Positions 15,791 through 21,627 of a DNA stretch of 24,000 bases are shown here, piece by piece (position 1 is the first letter of the stretch; every line of letters starts with the position of its first letter). The position numbers were made by a program, and so were the translations under genes. Location: the NCBI GenBank assembly GCA_019752515.1, contig JAIEMB010000017.1, forward strand, positions 32,031 to 56,030. The letters are read 5' to 3'. The notes under the pieces are model-generated. The model was not told where the DNA came from. It did no database searches and saw only the letters and a program-made list of their open reading frames with translations. Source of the DNA: Alphaproteobacteria bacterium (GTDB lineage: Bacteria > Pseudomonadota > Alphaproteobacteria > UBA9655).

Positions 15791-16003
15791 AAACCCTGCT
15801 TATTAAAAAGATAACCGATATATTTTCATTTAGTGAATTCTCTAAAAATGTAAAGCTTATTTTTTATTTCTTCGTAACTACGAAGAGTTTTATGCATATT
15901 TTGAATAAGTACCCATTCAGATCCTCTGAATTCCACCTTATTCCCCTTTTAGAAATATTAAGGTAATGGTAAGAAAAATAAGTTCTTTTTACGAGGGTAA
16001 ACT

Positions 16004-16297
16004 ATGGATGACTTTTATTCAGCCTCTACGCAAGCATTAGAAGAGATCAATAATTTTTTTGAATCCTCTTGGCCGGACGCAGATGTGGAATTGCTAGATG
16101 ATTCGCTAACAGTCATTTTACCAGGAGGAAGACAATACGTCATTAATAAGCATGGGGTAACCCGTCAGATATGGATTGCCTCACCGTTCACAGGTGCCCA
16201 TCATTTTCAAAGGAAAGAAGGAAAATGGCTGTGCACAAGAACAAATACTCTTCTTGAAGACTTCCTTGCTGGAGAGAAAGATACACATGCTTCGTGA
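16004..16297 (+). CDS. cyaY: Iron-sulfur cluster assembly protein CyaY (frataxin homologue)
   Basis: 97 aa. The pattern DADVELLDDSLTVILPGGRQYVINKHGVTRQIWIASPFTGAHHF matches the CyaY/frataxin core (YVINkq.p.rqIWlaSp.sG..hF). Confidence 0.88.
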   Translation: MDDFYSASTQALEEINNFFESSWPDADVELLDDSLTVILPGGRQYVINKHGVTRQIWIASPFTGAHHFQRKEGKWLCTRTNTLLEDFLAGEKDTHAS

Positions 16298-17990
16298 GCC
16301 TAGCTACCTCGAGAACACCCTAACCCAATCAAGACCAAAGAGTAGCAATCCCCAAATTCTACAAGAATTATGGCCGTATGTTAAACCTTATCCAAAAATT
16401 CTGTGCCTCTCTCTTATTACCATCATTATTGCCTCATTGACTGTGCTTGGCGTTGGGATGGGGATTCATTATTTTGTTGACTTTGGATTTTCCGAAAAAT
16501 CTCCTTTCGGTCTTGCAGGCTCTGTCCTAGGACTCTTTGCTGTTGTTGTTATCATGGCAATGGCCAGCTATGGTCGGCTTTACTGGGTTGCACAATTGAG
16601 TGAGCGGATCGTAGCTGATCTAAGAAAATCCATTTTTAACCATCTTCTTATGCAAAATATTCATTTTTTTGAAACCATCAGCATTGGAGAAATTCAATCC
16701 CGACTGACAACGGATACGACGCTTTTACAGATTGTTCTGGGTACTTCAATACCTGTAGGACTTCGCAATGTCCTTATCATTTTAGGCGGCCTTATTCTTC
16801 TTATTCTCACAAGTCCTCTTTTAACAGGTATCATTCTCTTCCTGATCCCACTTGTCTTGATACCCATTCTTATTTATGGCAGGCGCGTTCGCAGGTTCTC
16901 TCGTCTTGCTCAAGAAAAAACCGCTGATGTATCGACCCAACTTGATGAAACCTTTGGAGCTATTCGAACGATTCAGGCATTTTGCCAAGAAACGCATATG
17001 ATGAAGCTATTCGCAGCTCAAGTAGAAACCACTTACAAAGCTTCTCTTAAACGGGTTAAAGCTCGAGCCTCTTTAACTGCGCTTGTTATGATCCTTGTAT
17101 TTGGTGGGGTAAGTGCTGTGTTATGGTATGGAGGTCAAGGTGTTCTGGAAGGACACCTCACAGCAGGGCAACTCTCTGCCTTTGTTTTTTATGCTGCCGC
17201 TGTTGCAGGTGCTGCTGGCTCTTTAAGCGAAATTCATGGGGATATCTTACGAGCAGCCGGCGGTATTGAGCGGATGTTTGAGTTTTTAGCCCTTAACCAG
17301 AGCCTTAAAGTTGCTGCAAACCCACAATCCCTCCCCTGCCCTCTTCGAGGCCATCTTCAATTTCAAAACGTGAGCTTTTCTTACCCTTCTCGTCCTCATC
17401 ATGTTGTTTTAAGAGATATCTCTTTTGAAGCCTACAAAGGAGAAACCATAGCCCTTGTAGGACACTCAGGTGCTGGTAAAACAACTATATTTAATCTCAT
17501 CATGAGGTTTTATGACCCTTTAAATGGCCATATTTTTATTGATGGCATTCCTATTGAAGACCTTGACCCTCATACTCTACGACGTGTTATTGGTCTTGTT
17601 CCTCAAGAACCTGTCCTTTTTACGAGCAATTTTTACGAAAACATACGTTTTGGAAATTTGGAAGCTTCCGATGAGGAAGTAAAATCCGCAGCCATAGCCG
17701 CCTATGCGGATGAATTTATTGAACCTCTGCCCCTAGGATACCATACGCTTATTGGTGAAAAAGGTGTGGCTCTTTCGGGGGGGCAACGTCAAAGGATAGC
17801 CATTGCCCGCGCCATTCTCAAAAACCCTTCTCTTTTACTTCTTGATGAAGCCACCAGTGCCCTTGATACGGAAAGCGAACGAAACGTCCAAAAAGCTCTT
17901 GCATCCCTAAAACAGGACCGCACAACCCTTATCATTGCCCATCGTGAATCGACTATTCAAAAAGCTGATCGAATTGTGAGGATAGGTTAG
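16287..17990 (+). CDS. ABCB-type exporter, fused permease plus ATPase (MsbA/Atm1-like)
   Basis: N-terminal six-helix TMD region. NBD with GHSGAGKTT (Walker A), LSGGQRQRIAIARA, LLLLDEATSALD and IIAHR. The ATG at 16287 (MLREPSYLE...) is preferred over the track start at 16176, which lies inside cyaY. The protein ends soon after the H-loop. Confidence 0.9.
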   Translation: MLREPSYLENTLTQSRPKSSNPQILQELWPYVKPYPKILCLSLITIIIASLTVLGVGMGIHYFVDFGFSEKSPFGLAGSVLGLFAVVVIMAMASYGRLYWVAQLSERIVADLRKSIFNHLLMQNIHFFETISIGEIQSRLTTDTTLLQIVLGTSIPVGLRNVLIILGGLILLILTSPLLTGIILFLIPLVLIPILIYGRRVRRFSRLAQEKTADVSTQLDETFGAIRTIQAFCQETHMMKLFAAQVETTYKASLKRVKARASLTALVMILVFGGVSAVLWYGGQGVLEGHLTAGQLSAFVFYAAAVAGAAGSLSEIHGDILRAAGGIERMFEFLALNQSLKVAANPQSLPCPLRGHLQFQNVSFSYPSRPHHVVLRDISFEAYKGETIALVGHSGAGKTTIFNLIMRFYDPLNGHIFIDGIPIEDLDPHTLRRVIGLVPQEPVLFTSNFYENIRFGNLEASDEEVKSAAIAAYADEFIEPLPLGYHTLIGEKGVALSGGQRQRIAIARAILKNPSLLLLDEATSALDTESERNVQKALASLKQDRTTLIIAHRESTIQKADRIVRIG

Positions 17991-18007
17991 GAAGTGTACT
18001 AAGGTTG

Positions 18008-18652
18008 TCATATAATTAATTTTAAAAAACGCACCGTTTCTAAAAATTCACTTAACTGACTTTTTTCACGAGCAATTACCTCTCCATCCTCTCCCCAAAC
18101 TCGGCGTTGTTCATGTTCATGAAGGTGGGAAAAATCCCAGGCTTTCTCGGGAGAGAGATGATTTTGTGTAACCAAATAAGAAAGAGAAAAAGAAGATGTC
18201 AACGTCACAAGATGAACAAAAGCCGTAAGTTTAAAGTCCGTTAGACTCACCAGAAATTCTTTAACTCTATCTTCTTCATCAGAAGATAAAGAAGATATTG
18301 AAAGGGATGTCGTGGGTTTTAAGGTAATACCTAAATTTCTATTTATCTCCTTTATCATAGGAGACCAGTGCTGTTCTTGGAGTGTCATAAGAGAGTCTGG
18401 TGTTGTTTCCCAAAATAAGATCACATCTCTTGTAACAGCCTGAAGAACAAAATAAATATAAGCATCCCTATCTTCAGCCACCAAATCAAGGGCAGTTGCA
18501 ATAAGGCTAGTAAGCGGTTTTTGGCGAAAATCAGGAGAAGTATCTTTTTCCCATTCCTCTTCAACCGCTTTGGACAACGCTAAAGTTGGGACTTGCATAG
18601 GGTTTCCCTGAGGTGTTTTAAGTGGTTGATGATGAATAGAGATGTTAAACAT
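18008..18652 (-). CDS. ATP12-family F1-ATPase assembly chaperone
   Basis: PLKTPQGNPMQVPTLALSKAVEEEWEKD...KPLTSLIATALDLV follows the ATP12/ATPAF2 N-terminal pattern (LkTP.g..L.vPt..LA.aia.EW....MPlt.la..aiD). 214 aa. Confidence 0.78.
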   Translation of the reverse strand: MFNISIHHQPLKTPQGNPMQVPTLALSKAVEEEWEKDTSPDFRQKPLTSLIATALDLVAEDRDAYIYFVLQAVTRDVILFWETTPDSLMTLQEQHWSPMIKEINRNLGITLKPTTSLSISSLSSDEEDRVKEFLVSLTDFKLTAFVHLVTLTSSFSLSYLVTQNHLSPEKAWDFSHLHEHEQRRVWGEDGEVIAREKSQLSEFLETVRFLKLII

Positions 18653-19592
18653 TGATGAACCCTAATTCAGCAAATGTTTCTTGAAGCTCTTTCGGTAAGG
18701 GAGCACAAAAGGACATATTCTTTCCATCAGGCATCGGGAGAATAAGAGCTTGCGCATGCAAATGCAAAAGCTTACGGCCTAGCGGAAAGGCCTCCTTTCC
18801 ACCGTATTTTCCATCACCCATAATAGGCGTTTTCAGACCCTCAGCACAATGAACTCTCAGTTGATGCATACGTCCTGTTTTAGGAATAAGTTCAAGCCAT
18901 GCAACTTTATTTCCAAGAGAATCAATAGTGCGGTAATAAGTTGTTGCACGAGCTCCTTCTTCTTGATCAATGCGGACCTTTTCTCCCATAGCATCTGCTT
19001 TCTTTGAAAGGGGTAAGGAAATAACACCTTCTCTCTTCTTAGGCACACCACAAACAAGGGCCCAATAGACTTTCTGAACTGTGCGTTCTTTAAAAGCTTG
19101 GGTTAGCCAGCGGGCCATGGAAAGGGTTTTTGCAAACACGAGAACACCTGAGGTATCCCGATCCAAACGATGAACCAGCCTCGGCTTACAATCCTCCCTG
19201 TAAGCTTCCAACATTGCATCCAAAGATTTACTTTGTTTCGTCCCCCCTTGTACAGCAATGCCTGCAGGTTTATTAATGACGATTATATCATTATCTTCAA
19301 ATAATATGAGGTCTTTCAACCATTTCTTATCTGCAGTCGTAAGTGCTTTAAGAAGCTTCTGGGGAACATCAACGGAAAGATTCAAAAAAACCTTTGGAAA
19401 GGATATAATTTGCCCTTCCTCAACACGTGTAGAAGGTTTAGCTTTTTCTCCTTGGACTCTCAAATTACCTTTACGTGCAGCTTTTTCAATTAATCCTTGA
19501 GGAAGAGATGAAATCCAGAGGCGAAGACAACGATCTAACCGTATGCCGTTTCCTTGATCTTCTACAATTTTTTCAATTAACTCTTCAGCCAT
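18645..19592 (-). CDS. rluC: RluA-family 23S rRNA pseudouridine synthase (RluC/RluD-like) with S4 domain
   Basis: Catalytic motif HRLDRDTSGVLVFAKT and C-terminal HQLRVH. The ATG at 19592 (MAEELIEK) overlaps the zapE stop in ATGGCTGA. The track start at 19628 would lie deeper inside zapE. Confidence 0.88.
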   Translation of the reverse strand: MAEELIEKIVEDQGNGIRLDRCLRLWISSLPQGLIEKAARKGNLRVQGEKAKPSTRVEEGQIISFPKVFLNLSVDVPQKLLKALTTADKKWLKDLILFEDNDIIVINKPAGIAVQGGTKQSKSLDAMLEAYREDCKPRLVHRLDRDTSGVLVFAKTLSMARWLTQAFKERTVQKVYWALVCGVPKKREGVISLPLSKKADAMGEKVRIDQEEGARATTYYRTIDSLGNKVAWLELIPKTGRMHQLRVHCAEGLKTPIMGDGKYGGKEAFPLGRKLLHLHAQALILPMPDGKNMSFCAPLPKELQETFAELGFINV

Positions 19593-20649
19593 GTTGCATT
19601 TCATATAAACGGGAGACGGTACGGTCAAACGTCCCTCCCTGTGAGTAAAGATATTCAGGAGCTGTATCTGCTGCAGCTATGAGCCAGACTTTTTTGTCAT
19701 ATAGGATATCAATAAGAGTTGTAAAGCGATGAGCTTCATTGTGGTCCTCAGCAACCATTTTTGGAATACCCCATAAAATGAGCGTATGAATGTGATGCGC
19801 AAGATCCAAATATTCATTACGCCCGTAAGCTTTTCCGCATAAATCATGAAAGTTTGCCCATGCAACCCCCTTAGCAAGGCCTTTTAGAGGGAGAAGAGGT
19901 CCTTCCCTTTCTAAAATGACGTCAAGCATAGGCGCTCCGTCCGTTAGCTCACCCCAAATGGTAAGAAGATGTCTTTTTGTTTCCTCATTACAGGGTGTAA
20001 AATACCGCTTTTGTGTTGCTAGTTTGAGACAACGATAGTCGATCTCTCCTTGTAGATGGTAAACATCCAAATGCTTTTCTAAAAGTGAAATAAAAGGAAC
20101 AAATCGTTCCCGATGGAGCCCCTTATCATACAGATTCTCGGGAGAGATATTTGATGTTGCAACCATAATAACTCCTTCTTGAAACAATCCTTCAAAAAGG
20201 CGACGCATCACCATAGCATCTGCAATATTCGTGACTTGAAATTCATCAAAACAGAATAGTTTTGCCTTTTTAGAAGTTTTTTTAATCAATTCAGGGAGAG
20301 CACCCTCATTTTTTACGTTCATTCCGTGAAGAGTTTGGTGAATTCCTCTCATAAATTCATCAAAATGAATTCTTATTTTGGGCGTTTTTTGAATATGCTT
20401 ATAAAAGAGATCCATAAGAAAGGTTTTCCCTCGTCCCGGTTCTCCCCATATATAAAGTCCCTTTGCGACGGGTTGTTTTGACATAAATGAAAAAGCACGA
20501 GTTGTTTCTAAGGCTTGATAAAGATTGTGTAAATAATATAGAACTCCCTGCTGATGCGAATTCTCATGAAAAGCTCGTCTAAGACACCCTGTCTCATAAG
20601 CGTCCCACAGAGGGCCTGTTTTCATTATTTCAGTATTTTTCTTCATCAT
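19585..20649 (-). CDS. zapE: AFG1-like ATPase / cell division protein ZapE
   Basis: Walker A GEPGRGKTFLMD, Walker B LFCFDEFQVTNIADAM and VATSN sensor region. 354 aa. Confidence 0.9.
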   Translation of the reverse strand: MMKKNTEIMKTGPLWDAYETGCLRRAFHENSHQQGVLYYLHNLYQALETTRAFSFMSKQPVAKGLYIWGEPGRGKTFLMDLFYKHIQKTPKIRIHFDEFMRGIHQTLHGMNVKNEGALPELIKKTSKKAKLFCFDEFQVTNIADAMVMRRLFEGLFQEGVIMVATSNISPENLYDKGLHRERFVPFISLLEKHLDVYHLQGEIDYRCLKLATQKRYFTPCNEETKRHLLTIWGELTDGAPMLDVILEREGPLLPLKGLAKGVAWANFHDLCGKAYGRNEYLDLAHHIHTLILWGIPKMVAEDHNEAHRFTTLIDILYDKKVWLIAAADTAPEYLYSQGGTFDRTVSRLYEMQHG

Positions 20650-20677
20650 TATTCAAAACTATGGTTATGTAATCCCT

Positions 20678-21388
20678 ATGACATTATTTGACTTAAAAGC
20701 CTATGATCTTCATCAAGCTAGAACCCAAAGTGGTTTCAAAAGGTACACTTTTCTTTATGAGCATGTCGGAAAGGAGCTTACCTCTCGCACCCAAGATATC
20801 AAGAGGAAGTTTAACAAAGCTCTTAATCTTTCTCCGCATCCTCTTTCTTATCCAAGTTTTCATCAACCTTTTCGAGAGAGAAGCTTAACTCTTCCGAAAG
20901 AATCATATGATCTTATTTTTAGCTGCCTTCAAGGACATTGGGTAAATGACTTGCAAACTCACTTAAAAGAGATTCACGAATGCCTTCAACCGGATGGACT
21001 ATTTTTAGGTGCTTTGTGGGGAGGAAAGACATTATGGGAGTTGAGAGAAAGCCTTCTTCAAGCCGAGCTTCTGGTCTCAGGCGGTGTCTCACCCCGTATC
21101 GCACCTATGCTTCACCCTTCTGATGCGCCTCTTTTATTAGGGCGTGCTGGATTTTCCTCTCCTGTCATAGATAAAGAAACAATCATTGTTACCTACTCAT
21201 CACTCATCAACCTAATGAGAGATCTAAGAGGTATGGGAGAAGCCAACAAACTCCATGATCGCTTAAAAACGTTTACTCCTCGCAGTCTATTCGAAAAAGC
21301 AGAAGATCACTATAGGCAAACCTACAGCCTTTCAGGCCATAAAATACAGGCAACCTTTGAAGTCATATATTTCACAGGCTGGAAATGA
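20678..21388 (+). CDS. NDUFAF5-like class I methyltransferase-fold protein with degenerate SAM-binding motif
   Basis: Collinear with the NDUFAF5 family: DLIFSCLQGHWVNDL, LQPDGLFLGALWGGKTLWELRESL, GGVSPRIAP, LLGRAGF, LMRDLRGMGEAN and ATFEVIYFTGWK. The expected glycine-rich motif I reads ALNLSPHPL. Confidence 0.75.
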   Translation: MTLFDLKAYDLHQARTQSGFKRYTFLYEHVGKELTSRTQDIKRKFNKALNLSPHPLSYPSFHQPFRERSLTLPKESYDLIFSCLQGHWVNDLQTHLKEIHECLQPDGLFLGALWGGKTLWELRESLLQAELLVSGGVSPRIAPMLHPSDAPLLLGRAGFSSPVIDKETIIVTYSSLINLMRDLRGMGEANKLHDRLKTFTPRSLFEKAEDHYRQTYSLSGHKIQATFEVIYFTGWK

Positions 21389-21627
21389 ATCATCTACAAT
21401 TAATACTTACAGATTAGTTTAATATAACGCTCGAATTAAATATTTTTATATTTATCTTATTCAAATATTAATTTTACCAGTTGCTACCTAATAATCTTCA
21501 TAAACACTTGCGTAATTCCTTATAAATTTATTTCGATAATAAATAATACATTACTTTGTTTTATATATTTGTTAATACTTATACTGTACTATGCAAAGGG
21601 TAAATAAATAGCTTTAGGGAGGCTACT

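Noticed and set aside
15931-15950. Short matches to the tRNA-Ala 3' end (TCCACC, ATTCCCC) as a possible attR of an island
   Set aside because: Each match is only 6-7 nt, and they occur in the wrong order relative to the tRNA. This is not distinguishable from chance.
16176-16286. Upstream start (16176) for the ABC exporter, giving 604 aa
   Set aside because: It would place 37 codons inside cyaY in another frame with nonsense-looking sequence (MPHRSQVPIIFKGKKENGCAQ...). The ATG at 16287 gives a normal ABC exporter N-terminus.
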